Below, piece by piece: positions 33,343 to 46,235 of a stretch of 64,000 nt of DNA (positions are counted from its first letter, which is position 1; each line of letters begins with the position of its first letter). Location of the stretch: contig OZ251227.1 of the NCBI GenBank assembly GCA_965240325.2, forward strand, positions 3,224,001 to 3,288,000, read 5' to 3'. The translations under genes and the position numbers were made by a program. This stretch comes from Rebecca billardiae RCC1528. Taxonomy: Eukaryota; Protista; Haptophyta. The notes below the pieces were generated by a model. The model was not told where the DNA came from. It saw only the letters and a list, made by a program, of their open reading frames with translations, and searched no databases.

Positions 33343-35475
33343 GCCGAGAGCTATCACGAGGCGCGGCTACTCGAGGAGCGGCTGGCGCAGCAGCACCGGG
33401 GCCTGCAGCAGGAGCGGTGCGTGCCGCGGCGCTCGACCAACCGCCGCGCCGCGCGCACGCCTGGCCGCCGACTCCCCACGGCCGCACGCGCCGCGCGCCG
33501 CGCCGCTCAGCCGCGCCGCCGCGCGCGCCGCGCGCTCACGTGCGCGCGCTCGCGCGCTTGCATGCGCTGTGCTGCGCGCAGGCAGCAGCTCGCCGGGCTT
33601 GTGGCGTCGATGCAGACGTCGGCGAACCTGGCGCAGCACGCGGCGGACGAGGAGCGCGCCCGCCTCGCCGCCGAGCACGAGACACTGCGCCGCCTCATCA
33701 CCTCGCTTGAGGCTGACAAGCGCGCAGCGGCGTCGGGCGCCGCCGATGAGCGCCGCGCGCTCGAGGCGCTGCGCGCCGCGCGCGAGAAGGTGCGGCCGCG
33801 CGCGGGAGATTGCGATCTCGGCGGCCGCGCGGCACGCGCCACGCCTCCTCCGACCCCGCCACAATGCCTCACCCACCGCCCGCGGCCCCGCGCGGCGTCG
33901 TCGTATTTTGTGCTTTGATTTCCTTTCTTTTCTCATTTTCCTTCTTTGCTTATTTGTTCTCAGGAGCGCTCGGACCACCAGCTGGCCATGGACGGCGCGC
34001 GCGCCGAGCTGGACGCCGAGCGCTCGCGGCTCGCCGAGGCGACGGAGGCGCTCGCGCACGACCGCGCGGCGATCGCGGTGCGCGCGGCGGAGGCGGAGGC
34101 GAAGCTGGGCGCGCTGCGCAGGAGCCTGCAGCTGGAGCGTGACGCACTGGACGAAACAAAGGCCCAGCTCGCCGAGGAGAAGGAGAAGCTTCTGGAAAGT
34201 TCGCGCGAGCTCGAGCGCGAGCGCGCCGCGCTCGGCGCGCAGGCGGAGGCGCTGACGGAGCTCGGCCTGGCGGTGCAGCGCGAGTCCCGCGACGTGGCGC
34301 GCGCGCACGAGGCCGCGCGGCAGCAGCTCGCGCTCGCCCTTGAGAAGGAGGAGCGTGCGGAGGCGCTCGCGGCCGAGACGGGCGCGGCGCATGCCGAGCT
34401 GGACGACAAGGCGGCCGCGCTGCACGCGCGCCGCCGCGGGTTCGAAGAGGAGCGGCTGGCGGCGGCGCGCGAGCGGAAGGCGCTGCTGAGCGACCGGCTG
34501 GTGGTCTCGCGCACCGCGGAGCAGACGCGCGCGCTGCAGCTGCAGCTCGTCGACCAGATGACGGGCGCCGTCGACGCAGAGGATGAGGTGGCGGAGGGTC
34601 GGGGCGTCGGCGCGGCGCGCGCCGAGCGCGCGGAGGCGGGCGCGGCGGGCGCGGGCGCGCGGCGCGGCGGCGCGGGCGGCGCGCCGCCGGCCGCGGACAG
34701 GCTGGCACGCGCGTGGGAGGCACGCGCGGGCGCGCTCAACCCGCCGCCGCCGGGCGCGCTCGCTGCCGCCGCGGGCGCGGGCGGCGGCCTGGGTGTAGCT
34801 CGCGCCGCCGGCGGCGGCGCGCCCGCCGCGCCCGCCGCGCCGGCGGCCTCCCTCGAGAGCTTGCTCCTGGCGGAGGAGCGCGAGCGCGCGCTGTCCGAGC
34901 TGGGGCAGCAGTCCAACTTCATCCAGCAGCTGCGCGAGCGCCGGGCGAAGGGCGGTGGCGGCGCCAACGCGCAGCTGGCAGCGCACGTGGCGCCGCGCTC
35001 TCTCGCCTATACCGCGACCGCGCCGCACGCGCGCGCGCCGCCCGCGCACGCCGCGGCGGGCACGGGCGGCGGCGGCTGGTACGCGGGGCGCACGTCCGCG
35101 GCGTCGTCGCTCGCCGGGCCGCCGCCCTTCGCGCCCTTCGTCCAGGTCGCCACGCCATCGGCGCTCGGCGGATCGTCGTGTGCCGACGCGCGCGGCAGCT
35201 CTGTCGGCGGCGCGCACGCCGCCGGCGCGCTGCCGCTCGGCGCGGACGCGACGCTCGACTCGGTGCGCGCGAGCTCGCTGCGCGGCCCGTCGCTCCTGTC
35301 CTCGTGGAGCACGGGCGCCGGCGCGTCGGCCGCGCCCACGCCGGGCGCGGCGGCCGCGCCGCCGCCGCCGCCGGGCGCAGCGGCAGGCGGCGCAGACGAC
35401 TCGTCGCCCTCGGGCGCGAGCAGCGCGGTGCAGCCACGGTCGATCGATGGCGCGGTCGAGGAGGTCGAGGACTGA
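31468..35475 (+). CDS. Long coiled-coil protein with disordered N-terminus, possibly FBF1-like (introns 33417-33581, 33790-33963)
   Basis: Extended E/R/A/L heptad-rich regions in joined frames; GT-AG introns preserve frame; the FBF1 resemblance is architectural only. Confidence 0.65.
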
Positions 35476-35772
35476 GCCGACTCGCGCGCCCTGCCGGCCA
35501 GTGCACCCTTCAGACTGCCCAGCGGATGGCCGAGAACGCCGCCGCGGGCGGGCGAGCGGCCGCCATTTTACTACTTGACGATACTGTACAGTATCGCCCG
35601 AAGCCGGATCGATCGTGTATTGTATTGTACCAACGGTGACCTCCTCAACGAGCCTTCCGGACTTCGTTCGGCCAACCGTAAACCCAACCGTCTTCGGCCG
35701 CCCGGCGGCGGCGGCGGCGCACCGGCGGCGGCCGGCGGAAGGACAGAACACTGGACCAAGCGGCTGGCCTCG

Positions 35773-36661
35773 ATGCCCTCCTACTCCACGCACAGCAACT
35801 ACGCCTCCGGCACCAAGCATGGCGGCAGTATCGGGAATGACCTCATGCGCAAGGTGTACGGCATCCTCACCGTGCAGCTGCTGACCACGGCCGTCGTGTC
35901 GGTCGCCTGCATGTTCCACCCGGCGACGCATGCCGCAGTCATGAACCATTTCTCGCCTCTCGTGTCGTTCGTCGTCTCGATGGGCTTCCTCTTCGCGTGC
36001 GAGCAATGCAAGGACTCGTACCCACTCAACATGTACACGCTTGCAGCGTTCACACTCTCCGAGTCGTTCGTGGTCGGCGCCGCGTGCGCCAGCCTCGCTG
36101 CCTATGGCTTCTCCGAGGTGGTCCTCCAGGCGCTCATCCTCACGGCCGCGGTGACCACTGGGCTCAGCGTGTACGCCCTCCGCTCAAAGCGCGACTTCTC
36201 CTTCATGGGCGCGACACTTCACGCCGGCCTCAGCGTGCTCTGCTTCGGAGGGCTTGCGAGCTTTGTGCTCGGCAAGCTCTTTGGCGTCTGGCTTCTGCAC
36301 GACGCGCTCGACCTGCCGATGGCGATCGCCGGCGCAGGACTCTTCTCCGGATTCATGTGAGCACGCCCATGCTGCACAGGCGGTCCGCACGGCGCGTCTC
36401 GCGTGCGTGCTGCCGAGGCGTGGCCTCACCGATCCCTCCGCCCGCCCTTGCCACGTGCTGCGCGCGTGCAGTGTGTACGACACGCAGAAGATTGCTCGCA
36501 AGACCTCTCCTGACGAGTACATCAAGGCCACGATCACGCTCTACCTCGACATCGTCAACCTCTTCCTGGACCTCATGCGTATCCTTCTTGAGCTCCAGGC
36601 CAACCGTCAGAAGGAGGACGAGCAGAGGAAGCGCCGCGGGAAGAAGCATCAGTCGTACTAA
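35773..36661 (+). CDS. Bax inhibitor-1/TMBIM (lifeguard-like) membrane protein (intron 36357-36471)
   Basis: MRKVYGILTVQL, YPLNMYTLAAFTLSES, KRDFSFMG, FIVYDTQ, DEYIKATITLYLDIVNLF. Confidence 0.93.
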
Positions 36662-37646
36662 TTTTGTATTCGGCCGCGGCTGGATGTTGCGGCGTGTCCG
36701 AGCAGCGGTGATCCCATGGATAAGGATGAACACACGGCGGCGATTCGCGATAGACAGGGGTGATTGGTAGCACTGGTTATCTCGGCTGTGACGCAGGGCT
36801 CTGTCTCGTCAGCCGCCGATGATGTGGCATAGCAGCGCATACGCGACGGAACGCCAGGCCACCAGCTGAGCCGGTCCGCCGACCCGCTGGACGATATCGG
36901 ATATGCGCACGACAGGATGGCGCTCGCGCGCACAACAGTGGTGCCTGGCTGATCGAGGGCACAGACTCGAACGCCGACGCTGGGGCGATGGGTCGGCGAT
37001 TTGTGACCGTGTGAGCGGTCGAGGTCGAGATTGCAAACATGTACCCATCCTGCGAAGCAGCGACGTGACGTCGTGAGCGTCGGCGTGCCCGACGACTGCC
37101 ACGCCCACCGTGAACGCGTCGCAAGCTAGCTACACGCGTGCCGCAACCGTCAGGTATGACGAGCAGCCTATGGCGTCGTCAACTCCGCGCAGGAGCCGTG
37201 CGAGCACATTGGGATACACTTGCGGTACGCCCAGGATGGCTTCGATGGCGAAAGGGAAGCAGTGCGGCAGCCCTCCTGAGCCTGATCACTACGTCTACTG
37301 CGTTTTTGCACAATGGGGGTCCTTTCGTCCGTGTCGGACACGTGCTACGCGCCGGCGCGCGCACGCGCGGCTGGAGCGGTGACGCCGGCGGGCTCGGGCG
37401 CCAACGCCCCAGTCGCATGTTGGGGTGTACGGTTTACTAAGAATTTATAAGAGACGCACACAGCTCAGGCAGGCGAGATTGACCTAGGCTCTCTATCGAG
37501 CCACTTAGCTTGGTCGGTTGGTCCCAGGACCTTTCAGGCTGACGCTAGGCTGAAAAACGGCGAAAATTTGTATAATGGGGGTTTTGACGTTACGAGGCCG
37601 TAAAAGTACTGCATGGGCAGTTCGAGCTCGTTTTTTGCGGACGGGG

Positions 37647-38710
37647 ATGACGACGGCGCGGCTCGCGTTCTGCGCGGCGGCGGTGTGCTGCACGCTGGCC
37701 GCGCTGCTGGTCATCGTCGTGTACAACTTCGCCGTGCGGCCGTACACGAAGCCAGGCGCGCCCTCTCCCGCCGGGTTGCTCGTCCTCCCGCCCAACCTCA
37801 ACTATTTGATTCTACCTCCTGTCTCAGCCGAGCCCACGGCCGAGCCGAGCAGCTGCCCGCCGGCCGGCTGCCCGCCCGCGCGGTGCGGCACCGACGCGGC
37901 GCTCGCGAGCTGCGTCGCCTTCGACCCGCGGCTCAACCAGACCTACTACGACGCGGCTCAGCTCTACTTTGACGAGCTCGACCCGAATTACCCATTGGAG
38001 TTCCCCGAGTACGGCGCGGCGGTCGCGCGATGGGAATGGCCGCCGTGGCTGCTGCTCACGGCGTTCGGCGCGGACGACATCCGCGCGGTGGACACGGTGG
38101 ACCGGTCGAGCGCGCCGTACGCCGTACCCGCCGCCCATCGACACTGCTGGCTCAGCGAGCAGACGCCTTTCGCGCGGTGCCGTGTGCACCTGTCGGCTAT
38201 CGGTGTGAACGTCACCACTGTCGGCGGCGGTTCCACCGCCGCAGCCTGTGAGATATATGAGGTGCGCGGCGGCGCGCGCGACGCGGCGCGTGTGAACCCG
38301 CCTCGGAATGGCGTGGCTCACTCGCCGACGCCGATTTCGCGCGCGCCCGTGCCCGCGGCGCCCCTCAGGAGTTCACGTTCAACGCGCAAGGCGAGGTGAC
38401 TTTCATCGAGGCTTGGTCCGACAACCTGCCCAAGCCGCCGCGCATGTCTACCCGGATTCCGGGGCTCGGCAGCCCGGACTCGAAGCCGATCGACACGGCT
38501 GACGAGGCGGTCTGGCGCGCGGCGGCGGACGCCGACCCGGACGTGTACAGCTTCTGGGTGATGGCGCAGAACTGGCTCACCCAGGCCGTCAGCGCCGCGC
38601 TCACCCTCGGAAGAATCCACGGCGGGATCCAGACCGAATACCGCGACGGCTGTTATTTCCCTGACCCTCACGACGCGACCGAGCTGGCCAAGGGGCGGCT
38701 GAGCAAGTGA
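37647..38710 (+). CDS. Uncharacterised membrane-anchored or secreted protein (intron 38262-38368)
   Basis: N-terminal TM segment; globular domain ARWEWPPWLLLTAFG...CEIYE/EFTFNAQGEVTFIEAWSD after splicing. Confidence 0.75.
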
Positions 38711-40058
38711 GCAGGCGGAGGCAGCGGAGGAGACGTGCGTGATGGCAGCTCCGGTGGTTTTGTTCTGCCACGGGAGAGTGCCAAGCAGGGCGCAGCCTGG
38801 GCCGCGGTCCGGCCCGCCCCGGGCCCGGCCACGGGGCGCCGCTGGCATCACTATTTGCTCGTCATATCGTCATCATCGCAGCAGCACATATAGTTATTGC
38901 ATCTTGGTTGACGACGACGCGACGCTGATGCGCCAATAATGGCAATATATCAGGCCGGATTATACGTACTATATACTTTAAATATATATATATATATATA
39001 GCGTCAGTAGGATTCCGGATCTGCTGCTGGCCTGCTCATAGTCATAGTCATAATGCTGTCATTGGGCGCTGCCATTGTTAATCAGTGCCCAAGCAGTTGC
39101 CCTGGGCCTGGGCCGGCCCCGCAGCGGAGCCGTAGCCGCTCGCCGCCCGGCCGCCGACGGGCCGCGGGCCCGGCGGGCCGGCGGCCGTGCGGGGCCCGTG
39201 GGCGTGCGGGCGTGGCGACTGGGTAGTGGATCTGGCGGCCGTCGTGGGCGACTGGGGCTCCGGGCTGGGCGTGTCAGCAGCGCGCGGTCGGCGGCGGCCG
39301 GCGGCGGGCGGGCGGCGGCCCGTCAGCCGTCTCCGGGAATGATGATGACGCGTTATGACGCGATCACGATGCAGACGTCACGATGCTGTCATCATACGTC
39401 TACTTATATTCGATCCCGTCATTTAATTAGGTCATTTTAATTCCGAATTTGGCAGCGGCGCGCGCGCCGCGGCGCCGCCGCTGCTCTCTGACCGTCTCGC
39501 CTAGCTCCGTCTGGCCGCGCCCCCCGCGGTCCCGCCGCGCCGGGCCGCGCGGCCGCCGGGCCGCCGCCGCGGTCGGCGCGGGACGGGCCACTCTATAGTA
39601 CGTACTCATAACGTAGTAGTAGTAGTCTGTATCACTTTAGCTGATGATCCTGTGAGTAGCTCAGTGATCGTCGTCGTCACACTGTCATAAGTGTACATAC
39701 GATATGATATAGATTATTACAATCAATATTAGATAGTAGTATAAATAATGAGACTGATGATGATCTGATCCACGCCACACCTTCCACCGTCGTCGTGCCA
39801 CGATGACGATGCCAATGTCCCAGGAGGGGTCCGACGCCGCGACGGCATCCAGCTCATCGCGTAGCCGAACGGCGCATCCGGGATCGCAGCGCAGCAGCCG
39901 CGCCCTGCCGATGCCGTGCGCACGCCGCGTGCGGAGTGCGCTGCGAGTCCGCTGACAGACGGGGCACGGACCACACCTGCCATCCACCGGCAAGGCAAGT
40001 CCGCGCCGCGAGCCGAGCGCCTGGCAATCCGTGCGCGCCTGGCGCACGTGGCACCCTC

Positions 40059-41425
40059 TCAGCATTTCCAGATTCGGCACGTGTTGTCCTTCGAGCCGGT
40101 GATGATGGTGTCGCCCTCGTAGTTGAAGGCTGCGCTGAAGATCTCGTCCGTGTGCCCCTCGAGCACCTGCGCGCGCACGCGGACGCGGCGTGCGCGTGGC
40201 GGCGGGGCGCGCGGCTGAGCACGCGGCGGCCGGCCGCGGCGCGCGCGCGCTCCAGGCTCTGCAGGGATCGCCCTAGACGCACCTGCAAGCAGTCGCCCGT
40301 CTCCGCGTCCCACATGCGGCAGGTGCGGTCGGACGAGGCGGTGATGATCTTGGTGCCCTGCGGGTTGAAGGCCACCTTCGAGATCTCGCCCTCGTGCCCG
40401 ATCAGGATCGCCACGCACGCGCCCGTCATCGTGTTGTACACGCGAGCCGTGCCGTCAGCCGACGCCGTCACAAGCCGCCCGCCCGTGCACGAGAAGCCGA
40501 CGTCGAGGATCTCGTCGTTGTGCCCGCGCAGCGTGTTGACGCACGCGCCCGTGTTGACGTTCCACACCTTGCACGTCCGGTCGATCGAGCCCGTGATGCA
40601 CAGGTCGCCCGTGAAGTCGAACTGCGTCGACGAGATCTCGCCGCGGTGGCCGGCGAGCGTGTGCAGGCAGCGCCCGCTGTGCACATCCCACACCTTGGTG
40701 GTGTGGTCAAAGGAGCCGGTAATGATCTTGTCGCCGTTCGAGTTGAAGTTGAGCGAGACGATCTCGGCGGTGTGCCCGAGGAGCGTGCACAGCTCGACCC
40801 CGCGCTCCACGTCCCACAGCTTCGCCGTCGAGTCCATCGAGCCCGTCGCGACCACGGCGCCGTGCGGGTCGAACGAGAGGCACACGATCTCGGTCGCGTG
40901 CCCGCGCAGCGTGTGGTAGAGCTCGCCCGTCTCGGCGTTCCAGATCTTGGCCGTCTTGTCGAACGAGCCGGTGACGATCTTGTCGCCGAACGGGTTGTTG
41001 AACGCGATCGCGTACACCACGTTCTTGTGCCCCTCGAGCGTGAGCAGCTCCTCGCCCGTCATCGTGTTCCACACCTTGCACGTCCGGTCGTACGAGCCCG
41101 TGATGAAGCGGTCGCCCGACTTGTTGAAGGCGCAGTTGGTGAGCGGGAGGATGTGCGCGCGCAGGATCTTGAACAGGTAGAAGTTCTGCGCCTCGTTCGA
41201 TTCCAGCTTCTCGATCAGCTTGTACACCAGTTTTCGCACCTGCGGCTTGCGCTGCTCCGAGATCAGCGGCTCGTGCCGGACGATCTGGTTGACGAGGACC
41301 TCGACGTCCGTCTCGGGCGTGAGGGTGAGCAGATCGACGGGCTTGGTGCGCAGCTCCGCGCCCTGCTCGTACTCGAGGATGATGCCGGGCGGGTAGTAGC
41401 GCAGGAGGAAGCGCTTGAGCTTCAT
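40059..41425 (-). CDS. DAW1: Dynein assembly factor with WD repeats (ODA16/WDR69) (intron 40167-40282)
   Basis: [20 protein letters not shown]-terminus, [19 protein letters not shown]40 repeats, end [12 protein letters not shown]. Confidence 0.96.
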
Positions 41426-42450
41426 CGCGACAAGCGCCAGCCGCTGGGCCGCCGTGCGGGTCGCCTAACCGTTCCAGAGCTCAGCGGAAGGCCGCCGAGC
41501 GCTTTTCAAGCTGGCCGGCGAGGAGCAGCGCTGCACACTGGCGAGGCCGCCTCAGCGAGAGACGAACCTTTTCAAAAGCACCCCTTCTTTGACGTCTCGA
41601 CCGCCATGCTGAACGGGCAGGGTGCTTCACAGCTTCAGGCCTTCAGCCCATCGCGCGCAAAGCTGAGCGTCAGTCACGGTCAACGACCGGTGCGCGCGCG
41701 GTCGTGAGCGGGGCAGGGGCATGCCCGCGGCATGCTCGCGAGGGAGGGCAGGCGCTGTTGCGCGCCGGCGGCTCGTCGCATGCTCGGAGCCACCTTGCGC
41801 ACCAGCGCGTGCGCCACGCTCCGCTCCGCGCTCAATACGGGCGGTCTGTCAGCGTCAGGGTCATGGCCCGGAGCGCGTGCAGACTCAGCGCTGGGGCTGA
41901 CGGTCCGAGTGACGAGCCCTTGCACGGCGGAGTCGCCGCGGGCGCCTGGAGCCTGCCACTGACCTAGATCGAGAGACAGAAGCCTAGCCTCACGGGCCAG
42001 CTGCGCCCTTCGGGCCACCAGACACGCGGCGGGCGGCTGACTCGCAGCTCGCTGACTGCAGGCCGCGGTGCGGCACCGTGAACGGTGGTGTAGTGGAGCC
42101 TGCCGGAGCAATAATCCGGACAGGCGGTCTGGCTATGGAGCGGGCCCGGGGTAGCGACTCGCGGTGGGCCGTGCTGACGCAATCTGTCTGTGCAAGGCGG
42201 TATAGCGATTTGCGCGCTTGAAACTCATCCGCGAGCCGCGGGCGCGGGCCCGGTGCGGACTCAGCGGAGCCGACGGCATGCAACTCGGAACAATACTGTT
42301 AGTCTACTTGAGCGGAGTGACTGCATGAGCAGTGCATGAGGCGGTCAATGAGTGTCAATCAGATCGGTCTCATCACTGACCCTGGCCATTACTGCACTGC
42401 GGTCCGCCGGCCAGGCTGAGGCTACATGTTCAGGCTCACACTGGCAGTGG

Positions 42451-44454
42451 CTACTGCGGCGGCACGCACACGCACATGCGCACCGTGCTCCCAAACTTGG
42501 CGGCGCACTTGCTCGGCACGTCGGTCGTCAGGCAGACGCCGTGGGTGTCACGCGCCGGGTCTGACACGTAGCACGGGATCTCGTCGCCGAGCTGGTGGCC
42601 GCAGCCGTGCTCGCAGGGGAAGTGGCGGCGCAGCATCGCGCAGTTGTTGGCGAACTGCAGCTGCAGCTCGTCACACGCCAGGCCCGCGGCGGCGCACGCC
42701 GCGTCACACGACTGGCCGGGCGCGCTCGCCGCGACCTCGCGCGCGCCCGGGGCCAGCTCGATCCGCTCGGTCGGCGGCAGCAGCCAGCCGCCGCGGCGGC
42801 GGTCGACGAGGACAAGCGTCGCGCCGCGGTGGCGCACGCGCAGCGCGCCGCGGTGCGCGCCGCGCGCGTGCGCCGGCCACAGCGGCAGTTCCGCCGAGAG
42901 CTGTCGATACGTCTCCGAGGCGAAGGGCACCACCGCGACAGGCCGCGCGCCGCCGCCACCTGCGCCACCGCCCGCGCCGGTCGCGGGCGGCGCCCAGCTC
43001 GTGCCGAGCACCTCGGCGAGCGGGACGACGGGCACGGGGGGCGCGCCCGGCGCGGCGCGCTCGCCGTCGCCGTCGGCGCGGCCCTCGACGAGCGCTCGGA
43101 CGAACGCACTGTACGCGCGCGCGTGCAGCCCGCGCACCGAGCCGCGCACGCCACCGCCCGCGAGCTGCGCGCCCGCCGGCTGCGTGAGCGGCGCCGCGGC
43201 CGCGTCGCTGAACGCGTACGACTCGAGGAATCCCGCCTCCTTCGCATTCACATTCGTGCCGTGCCGGCCGATGTGTCGAGTGCGCGGCGTGAGCGGGTGC
43301 ACGCACTCGCGCCCCGCGACCAGCCCGGAGAAGCGCACCCAGTAGTCCCAGCCAGTGGACATGGCGCCGGGCGGCGCGGCCGCCCACGGCGCGCGGAGCG
43401 TCGACCGCCACTCGCGCGCGCTCACCATCCAGCCCAGTCCGGGGAAGAAGTCTGTGCGCGCGAGCTCGTCGCGCGGCGGCTCGGCGCGCGCTAGGCCGTT
43501 GTCGTTCCAAGCCGAGACGCACCACAGCGAGCCGTCGCGCTCGAGCAGCGGCGCCGCCGCGCGGAAGACGGTGAGGAAGTCCGGCGCGGCGACCAGGTCG
43601 TCCTCGAGCAGGATCGCGTGCGAGTGCGCCGAGTCCGGACCGCCCTCGGAGTCCGGGCGCTCGGAGTCCGGGCCGAGCGCGCGCTCGAGCACGGCGTAAA
43701 AGTGCGCAGCGATCGCCTCGAGCGGCTTGCGGCGCCCGCGCGCCGCGCCGGCGCCCGAGCGCCACACGCCCACCGCCGTCCCGGGCGCGACGCGCGCGCG
43801 AACCTCCTCCACCGCGGCGCTGAGCGCGTCGTACTTGGCGGGCGCGTCGAGCGAGACGTACAGCCGGACTGCGTCGAGGTCGGCGAGGCCCAGTACCGAC
43901 TCGAGCGTGGCGCGGAGGTAGTCAGCGCGGTCGTGCGCGAGGATGACCAGCGCCGCGTTGGGCAGCGCGGCGCGCTCGCGCTCGAGCACGTCGCGAGCGT
44001 CTTCGCGCTCCGCCTCCGCCTCCACCTCCGCCTCCGCCTCCGCCTCCGCCTCCGCCTCTGCGGGGCGCGCGTCGTCCGCTGTAGCGAGCGAGGCAGGGGC
44101 GGCGTCCGCTGCGGCGGGGACGTGGGTGGCGTCGGGCACGCCGGGGACGGGCTGCTCGGCCACGGCACCCTCGGCGCTCGCGCCGCTCGCCACGCCGCCG
44201 CGCGCCTCATCCGTCGCGCCAAGCAGGGCCGCCGGCGTGTGGCGAGCGTCAAGCTCCGCCGCTGCCGCATGGCGCGCGCCCTCCGCGCCGCTGTGCGGCC
44301 GAGCGGCGTGCAGCCTGCTCTCCAGAGCGTCGAGGGGGCGTTCGAGCAGGCCGACCAGCACAAAGAAGCCCGCCGCGGCCCCTGCGAGCACGAGCACGCC
44401 GAGGCGCAGCGGGCTTGGCCGTCGCCTCAAGTGCAGCGGCCTGCCCGCCGCCAT
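42451..44454 (-). CDS. GT13 N-acetylglucosaminyltransferase (GnT-I/POMGnT1-like) with Cys-rich C-terminal module
   Basis: TM anchor and stem; ILLEDDL, CVSAWNDNG, RTDFFPGLGWM, WDYWVR, RTRHIG; C-terminal GQSCDAAC...RMCVC. Confidence 0.9.
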   Translation of the reverse strand: MAAGRPLHLRRRPSPLRLGVLVLAGAAAGFFVLVGLLERPLDALESRLHAARPHSGAEGARHAAAAELDARHTPAALLGATDEARGGVASGASAEGAVAEQPVPGVPDATHVPAAADAAPASLATADDARPAEAEAEAEAEAEVEAEAEREDARDVLERERAALPNAALVILAHDRADYLRATLESVLGLADLDAVRLYVSLDAPAKYDALSAAVEEVRARVAPGTAVGVWRSGAGAARGRRKPLEAIAAHFYAVLERALGPDSERPDSEGGPDSAHSHAILLEDDLVAAPDFLTVFRAAAPLLERDGSLWCVSAWNDNGLARAEPPRDELARTDFFPGLGWMVSAREWRSTLRAPWAAAPPGAMSTGWDYWVRFSGLVAGRECVHPLTPRTRHIGRHGTNVNAKEAGFLESYAFSDAAAAPLTQPAGAQLAGGGVRGSVRGLHARAYSAFVRALVEGRADGDGERAAPGAPPVPVVPLAEVLGTSWAPPATGAGGGAGGGGARPVAVVPFASETYRQLSAELPLWPAHARGAHRGALRVRHRGATLVLVDRRRGGWLLPPTERIELAPGAREVAASAPGQSCDAACAAAGLACDELQLQFANNCAMLRRHFPCEHGCGHQLGDEIPCYVSDPARDTHGVCLTTDVPSKCAAKFGSTVRMCVCVPPQ

Positions 44455-44503
44455 CGTTGGCCGAGGTCCATCAGCTCGCGGGGCCCCGGGACGAGCGCAT
44501 ATT

Positions 44504-46235
44504 ATGGCCGCATGCACACCGGGCGTGAGCTTGGCGCCTTTGCCCGGCCGCCGTCGCCAGCCGCGCAATCGCGCCACGTTCGGCTGGGTGCTCCGCTCAC
44601 GCCGCGCGCGCGATGGCACGGCCCGCTCGGGCGCATGCCGCAGCTCGCTCGCGCAGCTCCCGCCCGACCTCGCCGCGCGCATCCTCGCGCAGCTCCCGGG
44701 CCCGGAGGACGTGGCGGCGGCGGGCGCGACGTGCCGCGCGCTGAACGAGCTTCTCGAGCGCGTGCTGCGCGCGCGGCTCGAGGCGCGCGGCCATGCGGCC
44801 GAGCTCCCGCGCGCGCTTCCCAAGCGCGTACGCAGCTGGACGCAAGAGCTGCTCGCGCGCGAGCGCGCGCTCGTCGGCGCGAGCGCGCACTCGCTAGTCG
44901 CAACTGGCACGCTGAGTGTATGGCACCATGCGCACTTCGCCTTTGTCGACGCGGAGGGCGGGCTGCACACGTGCGGTGCGCAGAACGATGACGGCGAGAG
45001 CTTCATGTCGCACCCCGCGCTCGGCCACGGCGGCACGTGGTCGGCACCCGGCCCACCTGTCGAGCATCCGCGCCATGTGCTTGCCCTGGCGGGCGTGCGC
45101 GTCACGGCGGTGGCTACAGTACCGGCGAGCATCATCTGCTCGCGCTGAGCGAGGCGCGTCGCGTGTAAGCGTGCGGGTACGACTATGACGGCGTGCTCGG
45201 CCTCGGCGAGGGCGCGGAGCACGCGTTCGTGCCCGTGCTCGTGAGCGCGCTCGCGCACGAGCGCGTCGTGTGCGTCGCGGCCTCCGACGCGTGGTCTGCG
45301 CTGGTCAGCCACCTCGGTCGGAGCTTTGCACTCACGGCAGCGGGCGCCGTGTACAGCTGGGGCGCCGACGTCGACGGGCAGCTCGGGCACGGTGCGCCGC
45401 CGCCTGCCCGCGGGCCCAGCGGCGAGGGCTCGGAGGATTCTGAGTGAGCACGTGCCCCGTGCGTCTTTGAGCCGCGGCTGGTTCGCGCCCTCTCGGCCGT
45501 GCGCATCGTTGGCATCTCAGCCGGCAGAAGTGTGACCATCGCGCTCAGCGACGCTGGCAGCGTGTTCGGCTGGGGCACAGGGTTAGGGTCAGAGTAGTTA
45601 GGGTTAGGCTGGGGAGACATCGTGGATGGCACAACGGCGCCGCGTGGCAGGAGGCGCCCCCCGGCGCAAGGGGCCGACGGCTGCCCCGGCGGATACGCGG
45701 CGGCACGCTCGACGGCGTGCGCGCGGTGCAGGTGAGTGTGGGCAGCTGCTCTCCCTCGGACCCTCGTGCTGGACACCGACGGGCGCGTGCCACACGTTCG
45801 GCGACTGCAGCGCCTACCATTCGAACGCGCCCGCGCTCCTGCCCGGGCTGGGCGCGGACGTGCGCATCACGGCGGTGAGTGCCGAGCAGTGCCTGGTGGT
45901 AGACTCGGAGGGCGCGGTGTACTCGTACGCCGAGGGCTGCCTAGGCGAGCTCGGCCACGGCGACACGCGCAGGCGCTTCCGCGCCACGCGCATCACGGCG
46001 CTCCGCGGCAAGCGCGCCACGCGCGTGCACGGCCAGAACGGGCACAGCCTGGTCGTCCGACGGCGGACGGGGGCGCGTACTCGTTCGGCGACGGCCCCGT
46101 CCGGGCGACAAGGCGACCTTTGCCATCCTGCGCAGCACCGAGATGTTCGGCGGGGGCCCCCGGCACAGGGTGCACAAGCCGAGGCGCATTTCAGGGGCTG
46201 CCGGCGCCGCGTGCGGCCGTGTCAGACTCACTGAC
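44504..46235 (+). pseudogene. F-box + RCC1-repeat gene, apparently disrupted
   Basis: F-box LAQLPPDLAARILAQL...TCRAL; RCC1 motifs GAVYSWGADVDGQLGHG and GELGHGD spread over several frames with stops (e.g. 45445-45447). Confidence 0.7.

Noticed and set aside
33367-36006. 879-aa minus-strand ORF and similar shadows (8994..11516, 29329..31329, 58893..61097)
   Set aside because: Arg-rich shadow frames of real GC3-biased genes.
39060-39610. Very GC-rich, self-complementary stretch suggesting a structured RNA
   Set aside because: Low complexity explains the pairing; no tRNA, rRNA or snRNA motifs recognised.
44455-45390. N-terminal 312 aa of the 979-aa ORF
   Set aside because: Antisense to the F-box/RCC1 sequence; the GT13 anchor begins after Met at 44454.
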